Positions 25,072-38,020 of a DNA stretch of 64,000 nucleotides are shown here, piece after piece. The position numbers and the translations under genes are program-made. The stretch's first letter is position 1. Each line of letters opens with the position of its first letter. The notes beneath the pieces were generated by a model. The model searched no databases. It saw nothing but the letters and a program-made list of their open reading frames with translations, and was not told where the DNA came from. This stretch comes from Octopus sinensis (Eukaryota). The stretch is taken from the NCBI RefSeq assembly GCF_006345805.1, contig NW_021835985.1:11111-75110 (forward strand), read 5' to 3'.

Positions 25072-26119
25072 AAGAGGGGAAATCTTTCTTATTTCTAGAA
25101 GAAGCCGGAATTTGTTAGGGGTCTGTTTGTTATCAAGCACACCCTGGCCCAGACCTCGGCTATCATCTTGGTTGAGGCGACGGTCCAACATCACTTCCAT
25201 CTCACCAGGCTTCAGATAGGCAGCTCCAAGTGACTGACCAGACAAGATGTTTAATCGTTTCTGGGAATTCTCCACAAACATAGCAGTTGGCATGGGATAG
25301 TAGTTGGCCTGCAAAGGCAACTTGCTGTATGTTTTACGCCGGTGCATCTGGAAACCATTTAGGTCAGTGTGGAAAGAGTTGTCCTCACTCTTAATATCAC
25401 TACACACCCTCATGGCCATCTCAAAGTTCAGCTTGTCTCTAATGTCCACTATATTGTAGATGTCCAGTGACAAACTGTCTGCACCTGGTGAATTATATAA
25501 CCTCACAACATGCTCTACATTTTCCACAAAGACACTCACTTCAGATACAACAGTGCCTTGAATGACACGAATGAATGGGTCGACAATTGTTACTTCTCGA
25601 CCTTCACCATCTGGCAGGAATAGATAAGCACCACTCTTTTCAGAAGATTTTCGAGTGCCATATGTTACAAATTTGATGCTGACTGGGTGTGTAATACCCT
25701 CTGCTTTAAATGTGATGTTTTGTAACAGCCCTGTTGCCTGGCTGAAGCCAGCCTTCATGTAATAGTTCTCAAGACTGAACGGCTTTGATGGGGACTTCTT
25801 TATTGTGAACACTGAACTGGAATGTTCCATGTTCATGTTTGAGTTGTAAAATGTTATCTCCGATGGCACAGCTTTTTTTGTGGACAGTTTGTGTGTTTTC
25901 TCGATTGTGTATTGGCAAATGCCCAATGCTTGGATGGCCATCACAAATGACACCTTGTAGACGTCTGTGGAGACAGAATCCCGGTCAGTCCAGAACAAGT
26001 CAATCTGTGAAGGAATGATCTTTCCCCTAGGATCTCTGACAATAACAAATGGGGAGTCAACATAGACACTCACCACAGTATCTCGCTTATGCGCCAATGA
26101 GTTGTAAAATATAACAGAC
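25072..26119 (-). CDS. MAN2A1: Golgi alpha-mannosidase II, 1048-bp exon (SVIFYNSLAHKRDTVV...SGAYLFLP...TDLNGFQM...KLPLQANYYPM...GEMEVMLDRRLNQDDSRGLGQGVLDN...SPL)
   Basis: TAG acceptor and GTGAGT donor, phase 2 to 0; hallmark GH38 motifs in ORF 25039..26097. Confidence 0.96.
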
Positions 26120-26554
26120 CTAGAAAATTACAATAAAATATAATTAAATCAATAAGAGTGTTGTAGTTTGCTTGAAGCATTGTAGAAGAAGGGAAAGTGC
26201 AAAGGCCCATCCTCAGAAGGAAACAGTGTAGGAAATGTTCAGTCATGGACATTTCCCAGACTGTTTCCTTCTGAGGATGGACTTTTGTGCCTTAAATATA
26301 AAGGATTTTATAAAACTTTTGGCATTGTTAGAAGCTTAATTTTCTCTTTCCTTTTCCTTCTTCCATAATTAAATTATTGTAATCATAATATATAAAGAAA
26401 GCAAAACAAAGCAAAACATGGTCTATTCCTGGGGTAGACAGAGCTGTGCTCAGCTGTGTAGTGAAAATATATCGTAACAATAATATTACTGAACTAATGA
26501 GAATTGTTTCTAATTTAGGTAATAAGGGGAAAAGGGTGTTTGTCAATTACAATT

Positions 26555-27350
26555 AATCCAGTATATGACTAGTATTTCACTTTATTGACTGAAAAGGAAT
26601 GTAACATAAAGTTGACTAATGCAGAATTTGAACTCAGAATGTAAGAAGCCAGAACAAATAGAGCAAGAAAGTTTGTCCAGTGCTTATAACAGTTCTGCCA
26701 ATCTACTGCTTTAACAACAACAACGGTTTCAAATTTTGGCACATGGTTAGCAATTTTGGGGGAGGGGTTAAGTTGATTATATCAACTACAGCTTATTTTA
26801 GCTTCAAAAGGATGAAAGACAAAGGTGATTTTGGAGGCATTTGAACTCAGAACATAAAGAGAGACAAAATGCCACAAAGCATTTTTCCTGGTGTGCTAAC
26901 AATTCTGCCAGTTCACCACCTTAGATATTGATTTCAAATTTTGGCACAAGGCCTGAAATTTGGGGGAAGGGGTTAAGTCAATTACACCACTTCCTGTGTT
27001 TAACTGGTACTAATTTTACTGGCCCGAAGGGATGAAAGGCAAAGTCGACTGTGGTAGAATTTGAACTCAGAACGTAAAGTTGGATGAAATGATGCTAAGC
27101 ATTTTGCCCAGAGTGCTAACGATTCTGCCAGAAGAAAAAATCCTTTCTACTCTAGGCACAAGACCTGAAATTTGTGGAGGGGAGGGTACTAGTTGATTAC
27201 ATTGACCCCAGTGTTTACTGGTACTTAATTTACTGAGACCAAAAGGATGAAAAGCAAAATTGACCTAGGCGGAATTTGAACTTAGGATGTAAAGGTGGAC
27301 GAAATGCTACTAAGCATTTTGCTCACTGTGGTAAGGATTCTGCCAATAAT
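26555..27350 (-). mobile_element. Cluster of four same-orientation tRNA-derived SINE copies with a Meta/Nin-type central domain
   Basis: On the minus strand, TGGCAGAATCGTTAGCA...GTTCTGAGTTCAAATTC...GCCTTTCATCC...AAGTACCAG repeats at ~26555-26710, 26725-26920, 26930-27135 and 27145-27350. Confidence 0.8.
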
Positions 27351-28014
27351 TCTAAGAAAGGCAACAGCAACAAGGAAGGAATCAGTCAATCACACTTACA
27401 TGCTACTTTGTACATGGAATGATGCAAAGAAATCCATCGGAACCTTTCCAGCAAAGGAAAATGGATAATGATGATGATGATGATAATGATGATAGTAATG
27501 GTTCCTAAAATAGGCACAGTCACACATTCTGGGGAATAGGAGAGAGGGAACCAACAATATCCAACAATTTTGGTTACACAGACCTCTATATAACCAAATA
27601 TAAAAGAGTGAACTACAGTGGGCAATGATGATGTAATGAAAGCCATAGGAAAAAGAAATTCAATTCTATATAACCACCTGAGTTAGGTAATCCTAAGTAC
27701 TTGTCTTATATATTGTTATTAATGTTTACCAGAAAAAAATCAGCGTTCATTGAATAAAAACTGAAAATATTGTTGTTGAGAGAGAGAGAGAGAGAGAATG
27801 AGAGAGTGTGTGCATCTGTAGATAGGGAGAGACAGTGAGAGAAAGAGAGAGGGAAAAGGGTTTTGTTGAGAGAGAAGGCAAGAGGCACTGTTTGACTCCC
27901 TCTCTCATTGTTATTACCATGTTGTCTCTTCTCTTTTTTACTCTTACTTACATCGCTACTTCCTTATTGCATGATTTTGGACAAACTTACAAACAAGCTT
28001 ATTATTATAATAGA

Positions 28015-29994
28015 CTAGCAGTATCGCCCGGCGTTGCTCGGGTTTGTAAGGGAAATAACTATAAAGCATTTTTAGAGAGTTATAGCCAAAAAATAGCAAA
28101 AAAATGGGAAAAAAAATTATGGTAAATTTTTTTTTGATAGTTAAAAAGGTCGAGTTACGTCCCCTAGACCATCTGTGGTTTGTGTTTCTGATTGTCGACC
28201 CCATGTCGAATTTATCGATCTTTTTCAGAACTGGGGGGAACTTTTCAAAATTTTCTCTGCGTTAATTTTGAATTATGACATTGGGCTGTGTGTGTGTCAA
28301 GTTTCATCAGAATCGGTTGAAAGCCGTGGTCAGGGTGAGGGTACAACCTGACAGACACACAGAAACACACACAGACAAACTGCCGTTTATATAGAGAGAT
28401 ATATATATATATATATACTAGCAGTATCGCCCGGCGTTGCTCAGGTTTGTAAGGGAAATAACTATAAAGCATTTTTAGAGAGTTATAGCCAAAAAATAGC
28501 AAAAAAATGGGAAAAAAAATTATGGTAAATTTTTTTTTGATAGTTAAAAAGGTCGAGTTGCGTCCCCTAGACGGTCTGTGGTTTGTGTTTCTGATTGTCG
28601 ACCCCATGTCGAATTTATCGATCTTTTTCAGAACTGGGGGAACTTTTCAAAATTTTCTCTGCGTTAATTTTGAATTATGACATTGGGCTGTGTGTGTGTC
28701 AAGTTTCATCAGAATCGGTTGAAAGCCGTGGTCAGGGTGAGGGTACAACCTGACAGACACAAGAAACACACACAGACAAACTGCCGTTTATATAGAGAGA
28801 TATATATATATATATACTAGCAGTATCGCCGGCGTTGCTCAGGTTTGTAAGGGAAATAACTATAAAGCATTTTTAGAGAGTTATAGCCAAAAAATAGCAA
28901 AAAAATGGGAAAAAAAATTATGGTAAATTTTTTTTGATAGTTAAAAAGGTCGAGTTGCGTCCCCTAGACGGTCTGTGGTTGTGTTTCTGATTGTCGACCC
29001 CATGTCGAATTATCGATCTTTTTCAGAACTGGGGGAACTTTTCAAAATTTTCTCTGCGTTAATTTTGAATTATGACATTGGGCTGTGTGTGTGTCAAGTT
29101 TCATGAGAATCGGTTGAAAGCCGTGGTCAGGGTGAGGGTACAACCTGACAGACACACAGAAACACACACAGACAAACTGTCGTTTATATAGAGAGATATA
29201 TATATATATATACTAGCAGTATCGCCGGCGTTGCTCAGGTTGTAAGGGAAATAACTATAAAGCATTTTGAGAGTATAGCCAAAAAATAGCAAAAAAATGG
29301 GAAAAAAAATTATGGTAAATTTTTTTTTGATAGTTAAAAAGGTCGAGTTGCGTCCCCTAGACGGTCTGTGGTTTGTGTTTCTGATTGTCGACCCCATGTC
29401 GAATTTATCGATCTTTTTCAGAACTGGGGGAACTTTTCAAAATTTTCTCTCTGCGTTAGTTTTGAATTATGACATTGGGCTGTGTGTGTGTCAAGTTTCA
29501 TCAGAATCGGTTGAAAGCCGTGGTCAGGGTGAGGGTACAACCTGACAGACACACAGAACACACACAGACAACTGCCGTTTATATAGAGAGAGATAATATA
29601 TATATATACTAGCAGTATCGCCCGGCGTTGCTCAGGTTTGTAAGGGAAATAACTATAAAGCATTTTTAGAGAGTTATAGCCAAAAAATAGCAAAAAAATG
29701 GGAAAAAAAATTATGGTAAATTTTTTTTTGATAGTTAAAAAGGTCGAGTTGCGTCCCCTAGACGGTCTGTGGTTTGTGTTTCTGATTGTCGACCCCATGT
29801 CGAATTTATCGATCTTTTTCAGAACTGGGGGAACTTTTCAAAATTTTCGCTGCGTTAGTTTTGAATTATGACATTGGGCTATGTGTGTGTCAAGTTTCAT
29901 GAGAATCGGTTGAAAGCCGTGGTCAGGGTGAGGGTACAACCTGACAGACACACAGACACGCAGACAGACAAACTGCCGTTTATATAGAGAGAGA
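28015..29994 (-). mobile_element. Tandem array of five ~400-bp non-autonomous Helitron units
   Basis: CTAG 3' ends at 28015, 28418, 28817, 29213 and 29609. On the minus strand the array starts A|TC and ends CTAG|T, with the subterminal hairpin CCCGAGCAACGCCGGG. Confidence 0.88.
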
Positions 29995-30197
29995 TTATAA
30001 TAAATTATTTACACATGAAAACTTTTAAAAATTAGGTTTTGTATAGTTGCACCAGGATGAGTTCAGACCAGTCAGTATGAAAAGACTTATAAGCAGAAGC
30101 CAAACAAGCAAATGGTATAAGGAGTTACGTACCTTGCTTATGGAGACATTAAATGAGAGAAATGTTGTTAGTGAAAAGTCAACATTACATCCATATG

Positions 30198-30528
30198 TGA
30201 AGGCGCGTGGCTTAGTGGTTAGGGCATTCAGCTCGCGATTGTAAGGTCGTGAGTTCGATTCCCGGCGACGCGTTGGGTCCTTGAGCAAGACACTTTATTT
30301 CACGTTGCTCCAGTTCACTCAGCTGGCAAAAATGAGTTGTACCTGTATTTCAAAGGGCCGGCCTTGTACCTTGCACACTTTGTGTCACGCTGAATCTCCC
30401 TGAGAACTACGTTATGGGTACGCGTGTCTGTGGATTGCTCAGTCACTGGCACGTTAATTTCATGAGCAGGCTGTTCCGTTGATCGTATCAACTGGGACCC
30501 TCGTCGTCGTAACCGACGGAGTGCTCCT
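30198..30528 (+). mobile_element. tRNA-derived SINE
   Basis: A box (TGGCTTAGTGG), B box (GTTCGATTC) and core TCCTTGAGCAAGACACTT; homologous to 63188-63450. Confidence 0.85.
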
Positions 30529-31304
30529 CCTAACATCCATATGCACTTTCATGGAAAACACCAGTGAAGCTCAAAGATCAACTTTAAATTTGTATTTTGT
30601 TTCATTTAAGATATGTGAATATTTTCAATATATTTTATATAGAAATTACAATTGTGTGTCAAGAATGCTTCCCAACCACCTAGTTCCTAGTTCAGTCCCA
30701 GTGCATGGCACATTGGAAAGTGTCTTTGGGCCAGCCAAAGCCTTGTGAGTGGATTTATTAGATGGAAACTGAAAGAAGCCTGGGATGGTAGAAAGATAGG
30801 ATATATCCTATGCAGCACTCAACCTGAATTTTAGGCTATCTACACTGTCAGATTTCAGACTAATATCAAAATTCTTCAGGTGTAGAAAATCTAGGCTTCA
30901 CAAAGGTAAAACCGTTGTATGGATTTTGTGAAGAGTTAGAGTGGCATTTCTTCAGACCTACGACAAAGGTACGCGCTTACATTGTGCATCTGCCAGGCTG
31001 TGTGTTTTGCTTACATCAGGAGAAAACAAAAAAGTAAACAGAATAAAGATAAAAATGTAAACTGACTGTGAAAAATGGACAGGACAAGAACATTGTTAAT
31101 ACCAAAGTAAGTAAAAATATGGTTAGGGGATGAAGAGGAAGGGGACAAGAAAATGAGGTAGAAGTGGAAGAAGTGGGAGGAGAAAGAGAAAGCGAAAGTG
31201 AATAGTTGAAAGGAAGAAGAGGAGTGATGTGGATTGTGATGCCAGAATTACCAGAATCAACTTATAATGGAAAAGTGAAAAGTAATTTTGGTGTAGAATC
31301 ATAA

Positions 31305-31697
31305 ATATATACTCTTTTACTTGTTTCAGTCATTTGACTGCGGCCATGCTGGAGCACCGCCTTTAGTCGGGCAAATCGACCCCGGGACTTATTCTTTGTA
31401 AGCCCAGTACTTATTCTATCGGTTTCTTTTTGCCAAACCGCTAAGTGACGGGAACGTAAACACACCAGCATCGGTTGTCAAGCAATGCTAGGGGGACAAA
31501 CACAGACACACAAACACAAACACACATACATATATATATATATACATATATACGACAGGCTTCTTTGAGTTTCCATCTACCAAATCCACTCACAAGGCAT
31601 TGGTCGGCCCGGGGCTATAGCAGAAGACATTTGCCCAAGATGCCACGCAGTGGGACTGAACCCGGAACCATGTGGTTGGTTAGCAAGCTACTTACCA
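31305..31697 (-). mobile_element. tRNA-derived SINE with an internal (TA/TG)n microsatellite
   Basis: Minus-strand head GGCACAGGAGTGGTTGTGTGGTAAG...GGTTCAGTCCCAC, core CTTGGGCAAATGTCTT; related heads at ~20035, 30650, 45535, 46100-46280 (-) and 49560. Confidence 0.85.
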
Positions 31698-32009
31698 CAC
31701 AACCACTCCTGTGCCTATAGTGATAAAATATAGTGATAAAATAAAGAAAATAACAAGTAAAAAAAGGAAGGCTAATTGTAAAACAATATCAACAAAGACA
31801 GCAAGAATAATGAGAAGAAAATAATGATAGCAATACTACTACTACTACTATTAATAGTAATAAAAATAATTACGTTTATTTGCTTTGCAAGATTTTTGAT
31901 GTGAAATCGTGTGTTGAAACAGATATTATTGTATTTAGGAATGGTCATTTTGCCAGTTTAGCCAATAAAAACACACGCACTATATATTTGGTGTTACTTT
32001 GCTTCAGCA

Positions 32010-33815
32010 TTGCAGGAGAAATACCTAGCCAAAGATAAGCCCCTGTACCTGGCTTTTGTTGACATGGAGAAAGCCTTCGACAGGGTCCCCCGATCCCTTA
32101 TCTGGTGGTCAATGAGGAAACTAGGGATAGATGAATGGTTAGTGAGAGCTGTGCGAGCCATGTACAGAGACGCTGCTAGTAAGGTGAGGGTTGGCAACGA
32201 GTACAGTGAAGAATTCCGGGTAGAGGTTGGGGTCCACCAAGGTTCAGTCCTCAGTCCCCTCCTATTTATCGTAGTCCTCCAGGCAATAACGGAGGAATTC
32301 AAGACAGGATGCCCCTGGGAGCTCCTCTATGCTGATGACCTTGCTCTAATTGCTGAGTCACTATCAGAACTGGAGGAGAAGTTTCAGGTGTGGAAGCAAG
32401 GATTAGAATCGGAGGGCCTTAGAGTCAACCTAGCTAAAACCAAAGTCCTAATAAGTAGGAAGGTAGACAAATCACAAACGCCTTCAGGTAGATGGCCCTG
32501 CTCGATCTGTAGAAAAGGTGTAGGTAGAAACTCTATAAGATGCACCAAGTGTAAGCTATGGACACATAAGAAGTGCAGCAATGTCAAGGAAGGCTAACTG
32601 GGAAGATAGTTTTTGTATGTGGCAGATGCTCAGAAGCAATAAACACTGAAAATGCGCAGAGACCAACTTCCGTCACATTCCAGAGAGAAAAACTATAATT
32701 TGTTGATAGCTTCCGTTACCTAGGTGACCAAGTCAGTAGCGGGGGCGGGTGTGTTAAAAGTGTAACTGCTAGAGTAAGAATAGCCTGGGCAAAGTTCAGA
32801 GAGCTCTTACCTCTGCTGGTGACAAAACGCCTCTCGCTCAGAGTAAAAGGCAGACTGTATGATGCATGTGTATGTACAGCCATGATACATGGCAGTGAAA
32901 CATGGGCTGTGACTGCTGAGGATATGCGTAAGCTCGCAAGAAATGAAGCCAGTATGCTCCGATGGATGTGTAATGTCAGTGTTCATACTCGACAGAGTGT
33001 AAGTACCTTGTGAGAGAAGTTGGACCTAAGAAGCATCAGTTGTAGTGTGCAAGAGAGACGTTTGCGCTGGTATGGTCATGTGACGAGAATGGATGAAGAT
33101 AGTTGTGTGAAAAAGTGCCACACCCTAGTGGTTGAGGGAACCTGTGGCAGAGGTAGACCCAGGAAAACTTGGGACAAGGTGGTGAAGCATGACCTTCGAA
33201 CTTTAGGTCTCACCAAGGAAATGACTAGAGACCGAGACCTTTGGAAGTATGCTGTGCTTGAGAAGACCCAGCAGGACAAGTGAGACCATAACCCATGGCC
33301 TCTACCTGGGATGTAGCCAGTCCACTTATGCATACCTTTCCTTCTTGGGACACAAAACTGTACTTATGAAGACCTGTTTTGGCAAGTGAAAATCAAAATC
33401 GATCAACATCAATGGAAATTGCAGCTGTGAAACCAGTGCCAGTGGCATGTAAGAGAACCATCTGAACGTGGCCGTTGCCAGTGCCGCCTTGACTGGCTTC
33501 CGTCCCAGTGGCACGTAAAAAGCACCATCCGATCGTAGCCATTGCCAGCCCCACCTGGCCTCCGTGCTGGTGGTACGTAAAAAGCACCATCCGTCCGTGG
33601 CCGTTTGCCAGCCTCGTCTGGCACCTGTGTTGGTGGCATGTAAAAAGCACCCACTACACTCATGGAGTGGTTGGCGTTAGGAAGGGTATCCAGCCGTAGA
33701 AACATTGCCAGATCAGACTGGGCCTGGTGCAGCCTTCAGGCTTCCCAGACCCCAGTTGAACCGTTCAACCCATGCCAGCATGGAAAGCGGATGCTAAACG
33801 ATGATGATGATGATG
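32010..33815 (+). mobile_element. 5'-truncated RTE LINE (RT, zinc finger, 3' UTR, (GAT)n tail)
   Basis: AFVDMEKAFDRV, GVHQGSVLSPLLF, LYADDL, WPCSICRKG; ends GATGATGATGATG. Confidence 0.95.
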
Positions 33816-33837
33816 ATTAATCTTAATCTTATTTCGG

Positions 33838-33877
33838 CCAGAGTTCTTTCGTCACACTCCTGTGACTGCATCAGTGG
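33838..33877 (-). ncRNA. Minimal type I hammerhead ribozyme motif (A9 changed to C)
   Basis: CCA-CTGATGC-A-GTCAC aggagt GTGAC-GAAA-G AA CT-C-TGG. Confidence 0.55.
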
Positions 33878-34292
33878 TCCTTTGCTTTCTTCTTTCTTAT
33901 TTCGTGTCTCTCCTTACTAACGAAAGAACTCTGGCCGAAATAAGATTAAGATTAATGTAAAAAATAAATAACACTGAAGCAAAGTAACACCAAATATATA
34001 GTGTGTGTGTTTTTGTTGGCTAAACTGGCAAAATGACCATTCCTAGATACAACAATAAAAATAATAGCAAAAATAATATAAAAGATAATAATAGTAATAG
34101 CCAGTTGAAACTTTAATGATGATGAAGACTAAAGGAAGATAATGTTGTGGACAGTAGAAGAGATATGATGGACATAGGCAATAAACGACATGAGTAAAGT
34201 GAGAAGGATGGAAATGAAGCTAACCAGAATTATTCCTGGTGACCTTATACACATACCTATACATACACACACATATGCAAATGCACATGGAT

Positions 34293-34348
<56 letters not shown>

Positions 34349-34879
34349 AGATATGGAGGGAGAAAGACAAACTTAATTTGCAGCAGTAAGTTTCACCCTA
34401 CCAAATTGGTAACTTGGGCTGAGTTGCTTGCACCCATAGTTACATTGAAATATTCTAGTCTGTCCATATGAGGCTGTCATTCAAAGTAAATATTGTTTTC
34501 CTAGCTGCTACAATTGGGCTGGTGTCTTTAAATAAAGAGGTGTTCCTGATGGCAAAGATTATAGCCTCACTGAGAAGTACAAGTTTAATAGATGAGTAGT
34601 ACAAGTTGATATCTATCTGTATGAATTTATTTGTATTTTGTAAAGTAAATTCTTAAACCAGTCAATAACATCAGTTGTGTCTGACCAAAGATCTAGTTTA
34701 ATAAGTTTCCTCAATGTAGGGAGTATCATATCTATAACGGTTTTGTGATTGCAAATATGTCAATTTTCATTCGGAACTTTTGTGTGAGCTTACATTAAAA
34801 GCTGAGCTCGTACAAAAACAACTACAACTGACCATTAAAGATGTGTTGAAGTCTTCTTATTTGGATTGTATAAATATAT

Positions 34880-35092
34880 ATAGGAAATGACCAGAGACCG
34901 AGACCTTTGGAAGTATGCTGTGCGTGAGAAGACCCAGCAGGACAAGTGAGGCCTGTGCATACCTTCCTTCTTGGGACACAAAATTCTACTTGTGAAGACC
35001 TGTTGAGGCAAGTGAAAATCGAAATCGATCAACATAAATGGAATTTGTAGTTGTGATACCAGTTCTGGTGGCACGTAAGAGAACCATCCGAA
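34880..35092 (+). mobile_element. Short RTE 3' fragment
   Basis: EMTRDRDLWKYAVREKTQQDK* followed by partial 3' UTR. Confidence 0.8.
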
Positions 35093-35207
35093 AGAGATAC
35101 TTTTTTATCGAGATTTCATTGCTCATAATTACAGGTAAATATTATACAAGCATATATTATCACTAACAAGTATAGTGTATGTATGTAGTGTGTGTGTGTA
35201 GATACAC

Positions 35208-37320
35208 ATCATCATCATCATCATTTAACGTCCGCTTTCCATGCTAGCATGGGTTGGATGGTTCAACTGGGGTCTGTGAAGCCAGAGGGCTGCTTCAGGC
35301 CCAGTCTGATCTGGCAGTATTTCTACGGCTGGATGCCCTTCCTAACGCCAACAACTCCGTGAGTGTAGTGGGTGTCTTTTACGTGCCACCCACACAGGTG
35401 TCAGACAGAGCTGGCAGACGGCCATGGACAGATGGTGCTTTTACGTGCCACTGGCACAGGGGCCAGGCGAGGCTGGCAACGGCCACGAACGGATGGTGCT
35501 TTTATGTGCCACCGGCACGGGGGCCAGGCAAGGCTGGCAACAGCCACGAACGGATGGTGCTTTTTACATGCCACCGGCCCGGAGGCCAGTCGGGGCGGCG
35601 CTGGCAACGGACATGATCGGATGGTGCTTTTACGTGCCACCGGCACGGGGGCCAGGCGAGGCTGGCAACAACCACGAACAGATGGTGCTTTTTTACATGT
35701 CATCGGCACGGAGGCCAGTTGGGGCGGCGCTGGCAACGTCCACAATCGGATGGTTTGCTTATTTGTCACCGGCACTGGTATCACAGCTGCAATTTCCATT
35801 GATGTTGATCGACTTCGATTTTGGTTCTGCTTTCTGATATCTGATTTGATTTTGATTTTTTGATTTTGATTTTCACTTGCCTCAACGGGTCTTCACAAGT
35901 GGAGTTTTGTGTCCCAAGAAAGAAAGGTATGTATAAGTCGACTGGCTACATACCAGGTAGAGGCCATGGGTTATGGCCTCACTAGTCTTGCCGGGTCTTC
36001 TCACGCACAGCACACTTCCATAGGTCTCGGTCTCTAGTCATTTCCTTAGTGAGACCTAAAGTTCGAAGGTCATGCTTCACCACCTCGTCCCAGATTTTCC
36101 TGGGTCTACCTCTTCCACAGGTTCCCTCAACCGCTAGGGTGTGGCACTTTTGCACACAACTATCTTCAGCCATTCTCGTCACATGACCATACCAGCGCAA
36201 ACGTCTCTCTTGCACACCACAACTGATGCTTCTTAGGTTCAACTTTTCTCTCAAGGTACTTACACTCTGTCGATTATGAACACTGACATTACACATCCAT
36301 CGGAGCATACTGGCTTCATTTCTTGCGAGCTTACGCATATCCTCAGCAGTCACAGCCCATGTTTCACTACCATGTAGCATGGCTGTACGTACACATGCAT
36401 CATACAGTCTGCCTTTTACTCTGAGCGACAGGCCTTTTGTCACCAGCAGGGGTAAGAGCTCTCTAAACTTTGCCCAAGCTATTCTTACTCTAGCAGTTAC
36501 ACTTTCAACACACCCACCCCCACTACTGACTTGGTCACCTAGGTAGCGGAAGCTATCAACTACTTCTAGTTTTTCTCCCTGGAACGTGGTAGAAGTTGGT
36601 CTCTGCACATTTTCAGTGTTTATTACTCCTGAGCATCTGCCACAGACAAAAACTATTTTCCTAGTTAGCCTTCCTTTGACATTGCTGCACCTCTTATGTG
36701 TCCATAGCTTACACTTGGTGCACCTTATAGAGTTCTACCTACACCTTTTTTACAGATCAAGCAGGGCCATCTACCTGAAGGCGTTTGTGATTGGTCTACC
36801 TTCCTACTTATTAGGACTTTGGTTTTAGCTAGGTTGATTCTGAGGCCCTTCGATTCTAATCCTTGCTTCCACACCTGAAACTTCTCCTCCAGTTCTGATA
36901 GCAACTCAGCAATTAGAGCAAGGTCGTCAGCATAAAGGAGCTCTCAGGGGCATCCTGTCTTGAATTCCTCCGTTATTGCCTGGAGGACTATGATAAATAG
37001 GAGGGGACTGAGGACTGAACCTTGGTGGACCCCAACCTCTACCCGGAATTCTTCACTGTACTCGTTGCCAACCCTCACCTTACTAGCAGCGTCTCTGTAC
37101 ATGGCTCGCACAGCTCTCACTAACCATTCATCTATCCCTAGTTTCCTCATTGACCACCAGATAAGGGATCGGGGGACCCTGTCAAAGGCTTTCTCCATGT
37201 CAACAAAAGCCAGGTACAGGGGCTTATCTTTGGCTAGGTATTTCTCCTGCAGCTGTCTTACCAGGAATATAGCATCACTAGTACTTTTCCCTGGCACGAA
37301 CCCAAACTGCATCTCATCTA
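35208..37320 (-). mobile_element. 5'-truncated RTE LINE with an expanded 3' UTR VNTR
   Basis: ORFs 36944..37351 and 35982..36608 encode RT and C-terminal regions; (CAT)n tail on + at 35208. Confidence 0.95.
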
Positions 37321-37479
37321 TAACAATACAGGTTTCCACAGGGACAAACAAATTCTACTCACAAAAGCATTTCAGACAACCAGAAACTATAATAGGAGAC
37401 ACTTGTCCAAAGTGTACACAGTCCTTACAGAGTACCTGCAATTATAATTTACAGAGGTGTATTACCAATTGTTACTTAC

Positions 37480-37547
37480 TGAGGAGTATCACTTATTTTC
37501 AAAACAGAACGTTCTGGTATAGAAAAATGCTTCTCCTTTTTTTCATC
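37480..37547 (-). CDS. MAN2A1: Golgi alpha-mannosidase II, 68-bp exon (DEKKEKHFSIPERSVLKISDTP)
   Basis: Poly-T tract with CAG acceptor and GTAAG donor; phase 0 to 2 links the 115-bp and 1048-bp exons exactly. Confidence 0.85.
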
Positions 37548-38020
37548 CTGTATTTAAAAAAAAAAAGAAATAGTTTGTAATTTACTCTCAGCATTTACAT
37601 TTGTGAGAAATAGCAACCAAATCTTCCTCAAATCACACTTTAAAATGCATGACACAGAAGTATTTAAAACAACAATTTTCCTAAAATGATGCATCAAAAA
37701 TTTTACTGTGTCGCAAGGGACAAAAACAAATTTCAAGCAAAGTCTCTTTTTGATATCAACCAACCTGACATAGCTCCCACTTCTCCTGAGATACAAACTT
37801 CCTGTTTTAAAGTGATCTGACCAAACATTTATTGAAGAATATCTCCCAATGAATACTTATAAAGGAGCAGCCTCAATTATTATTTACTGCATCAGACTCT
37901 CTATTTGCCATTCAGTATCCTGAATCAACAATCTTTTGTAATTACTTTCATGCCAGATTTCTTTTCAGTCATGGAAGTGCTTAGGAAGGAAAGAAAATCA
38001 AAAGCAGTCATTCAACTCAC

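Noticed and set aside
27956-29798. Repeated MGSTIRNTNHR... ORFs as a tandem gene family
   Set aside because: They lie within non-autonomous Helitron units and are broken by indels at different positions
30198-30275. tRNA gene
   Set aside because: The A and B boxes continue into a SINE body repeated at 63188, so it is a SINE head and not a tRNA
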